Positions 25,594 to 35,196 of a stretch of DNA of 61,946 nt are shown piece by piece. Position numbers and translations under genes: made by a program. The stretch's first letter is position 1. Each line of letters begins with the position of its first letter. The notes below the pieces were generated by a model. That model was not told the DNA's origin. It worked only from the letters and a program-made list of their open reading frames with translations, and did no database searches. This DNA comes from Propionibacteriales bacterium (GTDB lineage: Bacteria; Actinomycetota; Actinomycetes; Propionibacteriales; Nocardioidaceae): the NCBI GenBank assembly GCA_038254525.1, contig JBBSGC010000001.1:1-61946 (forward strand). The letters run 5' to 3'.

Positions 25594-28500
25594 GTGCACC
25601 TGAAGAGCCTGACCATGCGCGGCTTCAAGTCGTTCGCTTCGACCACCACGCTGCACCTCGAGCCGGGCATCACCTGCGTCGTCGGTCCGAACGGGTCAGG
25701 CAAGTCAAACGTCGTCGACGCCTTGTCGTGGGTGATGGGGGAGCAAGGCGCCAAGTCGCTGCGCGGCGGCAAGATGGAGGACGTCATCTTCGCCGGCACG
25801 GCCAGCCGGCCTCCACTCGGTCGCGCAGAGGTCGTCCTGAGCATCGACAACACCGATGGAGCGCTGCCGATCGACTACGCCGAGGTCACTATCTCGCGCA
25901 CCATGTTCCGCCACGGCGGGTCCGAGTACGCCATCAACGGCGCGACGGCGCGGCTGCTCGATGTCCAGGAACTGCTCAGCGACTCCGGCATCGGCCACGA
26001 GATGCACGTGATCGTCGGTCAGGGACAGCTCGACTCGGTGCTCAACGCGACCCCGGAGGACCGCCGCGGTTTCATCGAGGAGGCGGCCGGCGTCCTCAAG
26101 CACCGCAAGCGCAAGGAAAAGGCCCTGCGCAAGCTGGAGTCCACCGATGGCAACCTCACCCGGCTGAGCGACCTGCTCGGCGAGATCCGCAGGCAGCTCA
26201 AGCCGCTGGGCCGACAGGCTGAGGTGGCGCGCCGGGCCGCGGGCGTACAGGCCGATGTGCGCGACGCGCGCGCCCGGCTGCTCGCGGACGACCTCGTCGC
26301 TGCCCGGGTAGCCCTTTCCCGTGAGCTGGCCGACGAGTCCGCGTTGCAGGACCAGCGCACGGCAGTCGAGACCGCTCTGCTGTCCGACCGGGCGCTCGAG
26401 GGCCGGCTCGAGGACCAACTGGTGACTGACGCCCCCCGGCTGGTCAGCGCCCAGGAGACGTGGTACCAGCTGTCGGCGTTGCGCGAACGCATCAGCGGCA
26501 CGGCGTCACTGGCGGCCGAACGGCTGCGCGCCGAGGCCGATCCGGAAGAGGCGGTGCGATCCGGGCGCGATCCCGAGGAGCTGGCGGCCAGAGCCGCTGC
26601 CGTCCGCGCGGAGGAGCAGGCAATCCTGGTGGAAGTGAGCGCTCGGCGGTGCGACCTCGAGGCCGCTGTCGTGCGGCGCGGCCGCGCCGAAGGTTCGGCA
26701 GCGGAGGAAGAGCGGCGCGCTGCCGGCCGACTGCGCGCCGCGGCCGACCACCGCGAGGCGCTGGCCCGCCTCACCGGCGAGGTGGAGACCCTGCGCGGTC
26801 GGGTGCGGTCCGCCGACGAGGAGCTGGGTCGGCTGCGGGCCGCGCGCGACGACACGATCCGCCGAGCCGAACGCGCCCGGCACGACTTCACGTCCCTGGA
26901 GACCCGAGTAGCCGGCCTGGACGCGGGGGAGCGCGGTCTCGACGCGGAGTACGAGGGCGCCATTTCGACGCTCGCCGACCTCGACGACCGGCTGGCCAAG
27001 GGTCAGCAGGAGGCCGCGTCGCTCGAGCGCGAGCGCGCGGCGCTGGCCGCCCGCGTCGAGGCGCTCGAGATGGGACCCAACCGACGGGACGGCTCAGGCG
27101 CACTGCTCGCGGCCTCCGGGCAGCTCAGCGGCCTGCTCGGCTCGGTCGCCGCACTGCTCAGCGTTCGCACCGGGTATGAGGTGGCGGTGGCGGCGGCGCT
27201 GGGCGAGGCTGCCGACGCGGTGGCCGTGAGCGGTCTCGAGGCGGCGGTCGGAGCCATCGAGCACCTGCGCGGCGACGAGCTGGGCCGGGCCGGACTGCTG
27301 CTGGCCGGTCGAGCCGCCGACCAGACGCCGTGGCCTCCGCTGCCACCAGGAGCGGTCTATGCCGTTGATCTGGTCGACGCGCCGACCCAGCTCGAGCCTG
27401 CCCTGCGGCGGCTCCTGCACCAGGTGGCGGTGGTTGAGGACCTCGGCGCCGCCGCGGCGCTGGTGCGCACCCACCCTGGCCTGGTGGCGGTCAGCCGCAC
27501 CGGGGACCTGCTCGGTGCGGCCTACGCCTGCGGTGGCTCTGCCCGTGGGCCCAGCCTGATCGAAGTGCAGGCCGCCCTCGAGGACACCCGCGAGCGACTT
27601 GTGGCGACTGCGCACGAAGGTGAGCGGCTGCGCTTCGAGCTGTCGCGGTTGGCCGAGGAGCGCGGCGAGGCAGCGCGCTGGGTTGATGTCGCGCTCGCGA
27701 AGCTGCACGAGTCCGACGCGACCCTGGCGGCTGTTGCCGAAGAGCTCGGCCAGCTCGGCTCCTTGGTTCGTTCAACGGGCGGTGAGGCTGAGCGGCTGAC
27801 CCGCGCCATCGCCGAGGCGACCGACGCTCGAGTCGCGCACGTCCAGTCCCTGGCCGAGCACGAGAGTCGGCTCGCCACCACCGCGGGCGTGCCGGACGAC
27901 GAGCCGACCACTGACCTTCGGGAGCAGCTGGCCGAGGCGGCGCGCGCCGCGCGAGCGGCCGAGACCGAGGCGCGCCTGGCGTTGCGCACCGTCGAGGAAC
28001 GCGGCCGGGCGCTGGCCGGTCGCGCTGACTTGCTGACACGGGCGGCGGACAGCGAGCGTGCGGCGACGACGCGGGCGGCGGCACGGGCCGGGCAGCGGCG
28101 GCGCGAGGCCACCGTGGCCCGCTCGGTAGTGGCCGCGACGGCGGTGGTGCTTGCCCGGCTCGACTCGTCCATCGCGACGGCGGCGGACCTCCGACGGGAG
28201 GTGGACAGCTCGCGCGTCGAGGCCGAGACGGGTCTGCGTGCGGTCCGGTCACGTCTGCGGGACCTCACCACCGAGCTCGACCGGCTCACCGACTCGGTGC
28301 ACCGTGACGAGCTGGCCCGCACCGAACAACGACTGCGGATCGAGGCGTTGGAGCTGCGTGCCGTCGAGGAGCTGGGGCTTGAACCCGAGACCCTGGTCAC
28401 TGACTACGGTCCCGATGCTCCAGTCCCCACCTTCGCCGCCGACGCCGCCGTCCACGCCGTGCCCGCCCGTGCCGCCGCCGTCGACGCCGCCGTCGACGCC

Positions 28501-29241
28501 TTGCCCGTCGACGCCTTGCCCGTCATTGCCGACGAGGGCGAACCGCCCGGCCGGAGCCGGTCGCCGGGCATCCCCTACGTACGCGAGGAGCAGGCCAGCC
28601 GGCTTCGAGCCGCCGAACGGGCGCTTGCCCTGCTGGGCAGGGTCAACCCCTTGGCCCTCGAGGAGTTCACCGCGTTGGAGGAGCGGCACCGGTTCCTGAC
28701 CGAGCAGCTGGAGGACGTGCGGCGCACCCGCAAGGACCTGCTCGACATCGTGCGCGACGTCGACGCCCGCATCGAGGAGGTCTTCACCGCAGCCTGGACC
28801 GACATCGAGCGGGAGTTCCGTGCGATCTTTCCCCGGCTGTTCCCCGGCGGTGAAGGGCGCCTGGTGCTGACCGAGCCCGACGACCTGCTGGGTACCGGCA
28901 TCGACGTGGAGGCGCGACCACCCGGCAAGAAGGTGAAGCGACTGTCGCTGCTGTCCGGTGGAGAGCGGTCGCTGGTGGCGGTTGCGTTCCTGGTGGCGCT
29001 GTTCAAGGCCCGGCCCAGCCCCTTCTACATCCTGGACGAGGTCGAGGCGGCGCTGGACGAGATCAACCTGGGCCGGCTGCTCGAGATCTACGAGGAGCTG
29101 CGCGGCGTGAGCCAGCTCGTAGTGATCACGCATCAGAAGCGCACGATGGAGGTCGCGGATGCGCTTTACGGCGTCTCGATGCGGGGAGACGGTGTCTCGG
29201 CGGTCATCAGCCAACGGCTGCGCGACGCCGAGCCGGCGTGA
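25594..29241 (+). CDS. smc: Chromosome segregation protein SMC, 1215 aa
   Basis: Walker A GPNGSGKSN, long coiled coils, signature LSGGERSL and Walker B FYILDEVEAALD. Confidence 0.97.
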   Translation: MHLKSLTMRGFKSFASTTTLHLEPGITCVVGPNGSGKSNVVDALSWVMGEQGAKSLRGGKMEDVIFAGTASRPPLGRAEVVLSIDNTDGALPIDYAEVTISRTMFRHGGSEYAINGATARLLDVQELLSDSGIGHEMHVIVGQGQLDSVLNATPEDRRGFIEEAAGVLKHRKRKEKALRKLESTDGNLTRLSDLLGEIRRQLKPLGRQAEVARRAAGVQADVRDARARLLADDLVAARVALSRELADESALQDQRTAVETALLSDRALEGRLEDQLVTDAPRLVSAQETWYQLSALRERISGTASLAAERLRAEADPEEAVRSGRDPEELAARAAAVRAEEQAILVEVSARRCDLEAAVVRRGRAEGSAAEEERRAAGRLRAAADHREALARLTGEVETLRGRVRSADEELGRLRAARDDTIRRAERARHDFTSLETRVAGLDAGERGLDAEYEGAISTLADLDDRLAKGQQEAASLERERAALAARVEALEMGPNRRDGSGALLAASGQLSGLLGSVAALLSVRTGYEVAVAAALGEAADAVAVSGLEAAVGAIEHLRGDELGRAGLLLAGRAADQTPWPPLPPGAVYAVDLVDAPTQLEPALRRLLHQVAVVEDLGAAAALVRTHPGLVAVSRTGDLLGAAYACGGSARGPSLIEVQAALEDTRERLVATAHEGERLRFELSRLAEERGEAARWVDVALAKLHESDATLAAVAEELGQLGSLVRSTGGEAERLTRAIAEATDARVAHVQSLAEHESRLATTAGVPDDEPTTDLREQLAEAARAARAAETEARLALRTVEERGRALAGRADLLTRAADSERAATTRAAARAGQRRREATVARSVVAATAVVLARLDSSIATAADLRREVDSSRVEAETGLRAVRSRLRDLTTELDRLTDSVHRDELARTEQRLRIEALELRAVEELGLEPETLVTDYGPDAPVPTFAADAAVHAVPARAAAVDAAVDALPVDALPVIADEGEPPGRSRSPGIPYVREEQASRLRAAERALALLGRVNPLALEEFTALEERHRFLTEQLEDVRRTRKDLLDIVRDVDARIEEVFTAAWTDIEREFRAIFPRLFPGGEGRLVLTEPDDLLGTGIDVEARPPGKKVKRLSLLSGGERSLVAVAFLVALFKARPSPFYILDEVEAALDEINLGRLLEIYEELRGVSQLVVITHQKRTMEVADALYGVSMRGDGVSAVISQRLRDAEPA

Positions 29242-29699
29242 GCCGGAGCGAGCCGTCTCGCCCAGCGCCCCGGCGGGCCGACTTCCCGGTCCACCGGAGG
29301 ATCACCACCCGCTGGTCCGACGAGGACGTCTATGGCCACGTCAACAATGTGACGTACTACGCGTACTTCGACACCGCCGTCAACGGCTACCTGATGGCGG
29401 CCACCGGCACCGACATCCGGCGGCTGCCGACGATCGGGCTGGTGGCCGAGACCAGCTGCGAGTTCCGGCGGCCGCTCGGGTTCCCCGACGATGTCGAAGC
29501 CGCACTGGGTGTCGAGCGGCGGGGTCCCCGCAGCGTGGTGTGGCGGATCGGACTGTTCCAAGGCGACGATCAGGAGCCGGCGGCACTGGGACGGTTCGTG
29601 CACGTCTACGTCGACGCGCAGACGCGCCGACCGGTGGCGGTGCCGGAGGTCGTACGGGCGGTGGTGGACCCGATCGCCGAGCAGGTTGACGGCGACTGA
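29238..29699 (+). CDS. Acyl-CoA thioesterase, 4HBT/YbgC-like, 153 aa
   Basis: RWSDEDVYGHVNNVTYYAYFD hot-dog fold motif. GTGA overlap with the smc stop. Confidence 0.8.
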   Translation: MSRSEPSRPAPRRADFPVHRRITTRWSDEDVYGHVNNVTYYAYFDTAVNGYLMAATGTDIRRLPTIGLVAETSCEFRRPLGFPDDVEAALGVERRGPRSVVWRIGLFQGDDQEPAALGRFVHVYVDAQTRRPVAVPEVVRAVVDPIAEQVDGD

Positions 29700-29782
29700 C
29701 GGGTCCGCGCTGGGCTGACCGGGACAGCGGGCGGCGGCGTTGCGCGCCGGGTTCTTCGCGCGCCCGGTCCTTCGCATGCTCC

Positions 29783-30676
29783 TCAGTGCAGGAGTCCCCA
29801 CGTGTGCACCAGCCATGGCACCGCAACCAGGACGGTCGGGACGACCAGCACCACAGCTGCCGCTGAGTAGGCGCTGAGCGACGCCAACCGGTGGGGGCGC
29901 TGGGGCTGCGCCAGGCGGTCCAGCCGCAACGAGACGGACCGCGCCTCCGCGCCGGCGGCCAGGGTGCCGTCGGGGCCTGGCCGGTCGGCCAACACGACCA
30001 GCGCCCGGGCCAGTGGCGCTGCCCCGACCCGGCTCCTCGCAACGTCGTCGGCCAGCATCTCGACCAGCAAGGCGGACTGCCGTAGTGGAAGCTCACTGCG
30101 TGTACCCCAGGGAAACGCGTCGCGCAACGCGGTGAACGCCTCCAGAACGAGGTCGTGACGGGCCCGAACATGGGCCCCTTCGTGGGCCATTACAGCGGCC
30201 AGCCCCTCGTCGTCGAGCCGCGCCAGTGCCCCTTGGCTCAGCACGACCCGGGCGTTTCGCACTGCGGGCAGGCAGTAGGCGACCGGCGTGTCCTCGGCCA
30301 GGATGCGCAGCGCCGGTTCATCACCCGAGCGCCCGCCCAGGACGTCGACCAACACCCGGTGGTGTCGCCGCCGGGCGCGGGTGTCCAGGGCTACCCGGGC
30401 TACCGACCAGGCCAGCCGGGTTGCCACCACGAGCGTCATGCCGAGCGCGACGACCGGCAGCGCCCAGCGCCAGTTGTCGGGCGGCTGTGGCGAGGCCAGC
30501 CACACGGTCGTGGACAGGCCGGACCCCAGGGCCGCCAGCACCGCGGCGAGTGCCAGGGACTGCCAGAGCACGACGCCGGCACGTGGTGCCCGCAACAGCC
30601 ACGTCGACCTGCCCAGCACCGCCGGCACCGGACCGGCCAGCGCCAGGCCCAGCGTGCCGAGCAGCAGTGGCGTCAT
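29783..30676 (-). CDS. M56 family (BlaR1-like) membrane metallopeptidase, 297 aa
   Basis: HEGAH (HExxH) after several hydrophobic helices. ATGA overlap with the upstream BlaI-family gene. Confidence 0.8.
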   Translation of the reverse strand: MTPLLLGTLGLALAGPVPAVLGRSTWLLRAPRAGVVLWQSLALAAVLAALGSGLSTTVWLASPQPPDNWRWALPVVALGMTLVVATRLAWSVARVALDTRARRRHHRVLVDVLGGRSGDEPALRILAEDTPVAYCLPAVRNARVVLSQGALARLDDEGLAAVMAHEGAHVRARHDLVLEAFTALRDAFPWGTRSELPLRQSALLVEMLADDVARSRVGAAPLARALVVLADRPGPDGTLAAGAEARSVSLRLDRLAQPQRPHRLASLSAYSAAAVVLVVPTVLVAVPWLVHTWGLLH

Positions 30677-31059
30677 GGGCGCTCGCGCTGCTCCACCCGG
30701 CGCAGCGCCTCCCGTAGTGTGGCCGCCTCCTCCTGGCTGACCCTCTCGGCGAAGCGCACCAGCGCGGCCGTGCGGTCCAGCCTGTCGACCGACAGCGCCT
30801 CGTGCATGACCTCTGCGGTGAGCTCCGCGCGACTGCGCACCGGCGAGTACCGGTAGGCGCGACCCTCCAGCGTGCGCGACACGATGCCCTTGCGGGTCAG
30901 CCGGTCCAGGACCGTCATCACCGTTGTGTACGCCAGGTCGCGCTCCGCACGGAGCAACGAGTGCACGTCGCGAACTAGCAGTGGCCGCTCGCTGTCCCAG
31001 AGCCGGTCCATCACGTCGCGCTCCAGATCGCCCAAGCGGGGCGCAGGGCGGGGGACCAC
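30673..31059 (-). CDS. BlaI/MecI/CopY family transcriptional repressor, 128 aa
   Basis: LGDLERDVMDRLW...YTTVMTVLDRLTRKGIVSR winged-helix pattern. Confidence 0.85.
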   Translation of the reverse strand: MVPRPAPRLGDLERDVMDRLWDSERPLLVRDVHSLLRAERDLAYTTVMTVLDRLTRKGIVSRTLEGRAYRYSPVRSRAELTAEVMHEALSVDRLDRTAALVRFAERVSQEEAATLREALRRVEQRERP

Positions 31060-31127
31060 GCGCTCATCCTACGGTTGTCCGCCGGCCGGGCCGGCGAGCC
31101 GTCGCAGGTCTGAGAGAATCCCGTCCT

Positions 31128-32300
31128 GTGCCCTCCGACCTCGTGCTCTTCCTGGCCCTCGCGTTCGCCATCCTGGTCATCGCAGTGGGGGTGGGCCTGT
31201 TGCTTCTCGTGCGGGGCCGTCGGGCCGGGCCGCCGACGCTGGAGCGTCGGGCCGAGACGCTGCCGCTGCGTGAGCCAGGCATGGGTGCGGATGCCGAGCC
31301 GCCCGGCTCACCCACCCGCACGGTCGAGGGCGCCGATGTGCTGGTCGAGCCCGGCCTCCCGACGCTCGAGCGTCCGGAGCCCGTGCAGGGCCGGTTGGCT
31401 CGGCTGCGCGCCCGGCTCGCTCGGTCGCAGTCCGGCCTCGGGCGTGGCCTGCTCGCGGTGCTCTCGCGGGACCGGCTCGACGAGGAGACCTGGGAGGAGC
31501 TCGAGGAGACCCTGCTGGTCGCCGACGTGGGCGTCGGCCCGAGCACCGAGCTGGTTGGTCGGCTCCGGGACCGGCTGCGCGTGGCGGGTGCCCGCGACCC
31601 CCAGCTGGCCCGGACGGTGCTGCGGGAGGAGTTGGTCGCGCTCGTCGACCCGTCGATGGACCGCTCCCTCGACGTGGGCCGGCGGGAAGGACGCCCTGGC
31701 GTGTGCCTGGTCGTGGGGGTCAACGGCACCGGCAAGACCACCACCGTCGGCCGGCTCGCCCGGATGATCGTGGCCCAGGACCGGACGGTGCTGCTCGGGG
31801 CCGCCGACACGTTCCGCGCCGCTGCGGCCGACCAGCTGCAGACCTGGGGGGAACGGGTTGGCGTGGAGACCGTGCGCGGCCCCGAGGGGGGTGACCCGGC
31901 GAGTGTGGCGTTCGACGCCGTACGCCAAGGGATGGAGACGGAGGTCGACACGGTCGTGGTGGACACCGCCGGCCGACTGCACACCAAGAGCGGTCTGATG
32001 GATGAGCTCGGCAAGGTCAAGCGGGTAATCGAAAAGCAGGCGCCGGTCACCGAGGTGCTGCTGGTCATCGACGCGACCACCGGCCAGAACGGGCTGACGC
32101 AGGCGCGCGTGTTCGCTGAGGTCGTCGACGTCACGGGCATCGTGCTGACCAAGCTCGACGGCACCGCCAAGGGCGGGATCGTGATCTCCGTGCAACGCGA
32201 GCTCGGGGTACCTGTGAAGCTGGTCGGACTGGGGGAGGGTCCGGACGACCTCGCGGCCTTCGAGCCCGAGGTCTTCGTCGACGCGCTGCTCGGAGTCTGA
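31128..32300 (+). CDS. ftsY: Signal recognition particle receptor FtsY, 390 aa
   Basis: N-terminal TM helix, GVNGTGKTTT and DTAGR motifs. GTG start at 31128. Confidence 0.93.
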   Translation: MPSDLVLFLALAFAILVIAVGVGLLLLVRGRRAGPPTLERRAETLPLREPGMGADAEPPGSPTRTVEGADVLVEPGLPTLERPEPVQGRLARLRARLARSQSGLGRGLLAVLSRDRLDEETWEELEETLLVADVGVGPSTELVGRLRDRLRVAGARDPQLARTVLREELVALVDPSMDRSLDVGRREGRPGVCLVVGVNGTGKTTTVGRLARMIVAQDRTVLLGAADTFRAAAADQLQTWGERVGVETVRGPEGGDPASVAFDAVRQGMETEVDTVVVDTAGRLHTKSGLMDELGKVKRVIEKQAPVTEVLLVIDATTGQNGLTQARVFAEVVDVTGIVLTKLDGTAKGGIVISVQRELGVPVKLVGLGEGPDDLAAFEPEVFVDALLGV

Positions 32301-32418
32301 ACCGACCAGCAGCCACGATCGAGGGGCCCGTCCGCGCAACGTGCCGGATAGGCTGACGGGGCGCCCAGCGCCGATCGGCGCACCGTCCGTACGCCCAGAG
32401 CCCAGAGGTAACCGTCTC

Positions 32419-33942
32419 GTGTTCGACACCTTGCAGGACCGTCTCGCTGCGACCTTCAAGAGTCTGCGTGGCAAGGGACGGCTGTCCGAGGCAGACATCG
32501 ACGCGACGGCTCGCGAGATCCGGATTGCGCTGCTCGAGGCCGATGTCGCGTTGCCGGTCGTCAAGGACTTCATCGCGAAAGTGAAGGAGCGGGCCCGCGG
32601 CGCTGAGGTCAGCGCCGCGCTCAACCCGGCGCAGCAGGTCATCAAGATCGTCGACGAGGAGCTGGTCGCCATTCTGGGCGGCTCCACGCGCCGGCTGACC
32701 TTCGCCAAGCGTCCTCCGACGGTGATCATGCTGGCCGGCCTGCAGGGGTCGGGAAAGACGACCCTGGCCGGCAAGCTCGGCCGGTGGCTGAAGGAGCAGG
32801 GCAGCTCACCGATGCTGGTGGCCGCCGACCTGCAGCGGCCCAACGCCGTCACCCAGCTGCAGGTGGTCGGGCAGCAGGCTGGTGTGAAGGTGTACGCGCC
32901 CGAGCCGGGCAACGGCGTGGGCGACCCCGTCCGGGTGGCGCGCGACTCGGTCCAGGAGGCCCGCCGCACCCTGCACGACGTGGTCGTGGTCGACACCGCC
33001 GGCCGACTCGGCATCGACGCCACGCTGATGGCGCAGGCGGCCGACATCCGCGACGCTGTGCAGCCCGACGAGATCCTGTTCGTCGTTGACGCCATGGTGG
33101 GCCAGGACGCGGTGGTCACCGCCCAGGCGTTCCTCGACGGGGTCGGCTTCACCGGCGTGGTGCTGTCCAAGCTCGACGGGGACGCCCGCGGCGGAGCAGC
33201 GCTGTCGGTCGCCCAGATCACCGGCCGTCAGGTGATGTTCGCCTCCAACGGCGAGAAGCTCACTGACTTCGACGTCTTCCACCCCGACCGGATGGCCTCG
33301 CGCATCCTCGGCATGGGCGACATGCTGACGCTCATCGAGCAGGCCGAGAAGGCCTTCGACGCCGACCAGGCCGCGGCCGTCGCCGCCAAGCTGCAGGGCA
33401 GCGGCACCAGTTTCACTCTGGATGACTTCCTCGCGCAGATGCAGGCCGTACGCAAGATGGGGTCGCTGTCGAAGATCTTCGGGATGATTCCCGGGCTGGG
33501 CGACTTCAAGGAGCAGATCGCCTCGATCGACGACAAGGACATCGACCGGATCCAGGCGGTCATCTTGTCGATGACCCCCGCGGAACGCACCGATCCCAAG
33601 CTGATCGACGGTTCACGCCGGGCGCGGATCGCCAAGGGATCGGGGACCACGGTCTCGGAGGTCAACGGTCTGGTTGACCGGTTCTTCGAGGCGCGCAAGA
33701 TGATGACGCAGCTGGCGAACGGTGGCGGCATGCCGGGGATGCCCGGGCTGCCGGGGATGCCCGGGACGGGCAAGCGCGCCCGCGCCAAGCAGGCCCCCCA
33801 GAAGGGGCGCGCCAAGCGTGGCTCGGGCAACCCGGCCAAGCGAGCGATGGAGGAGAAGGCCGCTGCGGCCCGAGCCGCGGGCACGCCGGTGCCCGTTGAG
33901 GTGCCCTTCGAGCTGCCGAAGGATCTCAAGGACCTGCTGTAG
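32419..33942 (+). CDS. ffh: Signal recognition particle protein Ffh, 507 aa
   Basis: (V)FDTLQDRLAATFKSL, GLQGSGKTT, DTAGR and a Met-rich M domain (GGMPGMPGLPGMPG). Confidence 0.95.
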   Translation: MFDTLQDRLAATFKSLRGKGRLSEADIDATAREIRIALLEADVALPVVKDFIAKVKERARGAEVSAALNPAQQVIKIVDEELVAILGGSTRRLTFAKRPPTVIMLAGLQGSGKTTLAGKLGRWLKEQGSSPMLVAADLQRPNAVTQLQVVGQQAGVKVYAPEPGNGVGDPVRVARDSVQEARRTLHDVVVVDTAGRLGIDATLMAQAADIRDAVQPDEILFVVDAMVGQDAVVTAQAFLDGVGFTGVVLSKLDGDARGGAALSVAQITGRQVMFASNGEKLTDFDVFHPDRMASRILGMGDMLTLIEQAEKAFDADQAAAVAAKLQGSGTSFTLDDFLAQMQAVRKMGSLSKIFGMIPGLGDFKEQIASIDDKDIDRIQAVILSMTPAERTDPKLIDGSRRARIAKGSGTTVSEVNGLVDRFFEARKMMTQLANGGGMPGMPGLPGMPGTGKRARAKQAPQKGRAKRGSGNPAKRAMEEKAAAARAAGTPVPVEVPFELPKDLKDLL

Positions 33943-33961
33943 ACGACGCGCCGCACCGGGT

Positions 33962-34014
33962 TGGCACAGGGGACCCCTACACCACTCCTATTGGTGTGGG
34001 GGACCCCTGTGCCA
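33962..34014. repeat. 23-nt imperfect inverted repeat with a 7-nt loop (strong stem-loop, possible ffh terminator)
   Basis: TGGCACAGGGGACCCCTACACCA-ctcctat-TGGTGTGGGGGACCCCTGTGCCA. 21 of 23 positions pair, and one mismatch would be a G-U pair in RNA. No U-tract follows. Confidence 0.6.
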
Positions 34015-34068
34015 GGTCGGGAATGGCGCAATCCTCCCCACGGGGCGCCCGCCGGTAGGTTCGTCGAC

Positions 34069-35157
34069 ATGGCCGAGCCGCTGCGCGTACGGGGGATGGT
34101 GCTGCCCGAGGGCGAGCACCGTGACCTGCTGGTCGTCGACGGGCGCATCAGCAACGCCGCAGCCGCCGACGCGACCGACATCTCGGCCGGGTTCGGCGGC
34201 TGCTGGATCGTCCCCGGCCTCGTCGACGCCCACTGCCACGTCGGGCTGGATGCCCACGGTGCCGTCGACGAAGCCACCCAGGAGATGCAGGCGCTTGCCG
34301 ACCGGGATGCTGGCGCGCTGCTCCTGCGCGACTGCGGCAGCGCCGCTGACACGCGATGGATCGATGACCGCCCGGACCTGCCGCGCATCATCCGCGCCGG
34401 TCGGCACCTGGCGCGTACCAAGCGCTACATCCGGGACTACGCGCACGAGATCGAGCCCGCCGAGCTACCCAGCTTCGTGGCTCGTGAGGCCGCGTACGGC
34501 GACGGCTGGGTCAAGGTTGTCGGCGACTGGATCGACCGCGACGTCGGCGACCTGGCGCCGTGCTGGCCGGCCGAGGCGATCCGGCTGGCGATCGACACCG
34601 CGCACGCGAACGGTGCCCGGGTCACGTCCCACGTGTTCGGCGAGGCCGCGCTGCCCGACCTGATCGGCGCGGGCATCGACTGCATCGAGCACGGCACCGG
34701 GCTCACCGAGGCGCTGGTCGATGCGATGGCGGCACAGGGCACCGCACTGGTGCCGACCGTCAAGCAGCTCGACAACTTCCCCGACTACGCGGACCAGGGT
34801 GAGCAGCGGTTCCCCGGCTACGCCAAGCACATGCGCCGACTGCACGCGCGGCGCCGCCAGACCATCGGGGCGGCTCACGAGGCGGGCGTGGCTATCTACG
34901 CCGGGACCGACGCCGGCGGCGTGCTCCCACACGGCCTGATCGCCGAGGAGGTGCTGGAGCTGTCGACCTACGGGTTGAGTGCCTTCGAGGCACTGGGCGC
35001 CGCGTCCTGGGAGGCCCGGCAGTGGCTCGGCGCCGACAGCCGGCTGGTCGAGGGCGCCGAAGCCAGCTTCTGTGTGTACGACGCCGACCCGCTCGCCGAC
35101 CTGCGCGTGCTGGCAGCGCCCCGCCGCGTGGTACTGCGCGGCCGGGTCGTGATCTGA
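34069..35157 (+). CDS. Amidohydrolase family protein, 362 aa
   Basis: PGLVDAHCHV metal-binding HxH motif and later H/D ligands (IEHGT, GTDAG). Confidence 0.85.
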   Translation: MAEPLRVRGMVLPEGEHRDLLVVDGRISNAAAADATDISAGFGGCWIVPGLVDAHCHVGLDAHGAVDEATQEMQALADRDAGALLLRDCGSAADTRWIDDRPDLPRIIRAGRHLARTKRYIRDYAHEIEPAELPSFVAREAAYGDGWVKVVGDWIDRDVGDLAPCWPAEAIRLAIDTAHANGARVTSHVFGEAALPDLIGAGIDCIEHGTGLTEALVDAMAAQGTALVPTVKQLDNFPDYADQGEQRFPGYAKHMRRLHARRRQTIGAAHEAGVAIYAGTDAGGVLPHGLIAEEVLELSTYGLSAFEALGAASWEARQWLGADSRLVEGAEASFCVYDADPLADLRVLAAPRRVVLRGRVVI

Positions 35158-35196
35158 GCCGGTCTCGGGGCAGCCCGGTCGCAGGGCAGCCCGGTT

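Noticed and set aside
31060-31127. BlaI operator in the blaI / ftsY spacer
   Set aside because: I could find no convincing dyad-symmetric site, so no regulatory feature is called.
31308-33221. 637-aa minus-strand ORF across ftsY and ffh; similar long antisense or out-of-frame ORFs at 5232-6821, 18460-19719, 331-1203 and 25705-26999
   Set aside because: Same reasoning: they lie antisense to or out of frame with strongly supported genes, have low-complexity Arg/Pro/Ala composition and carry no motifs.
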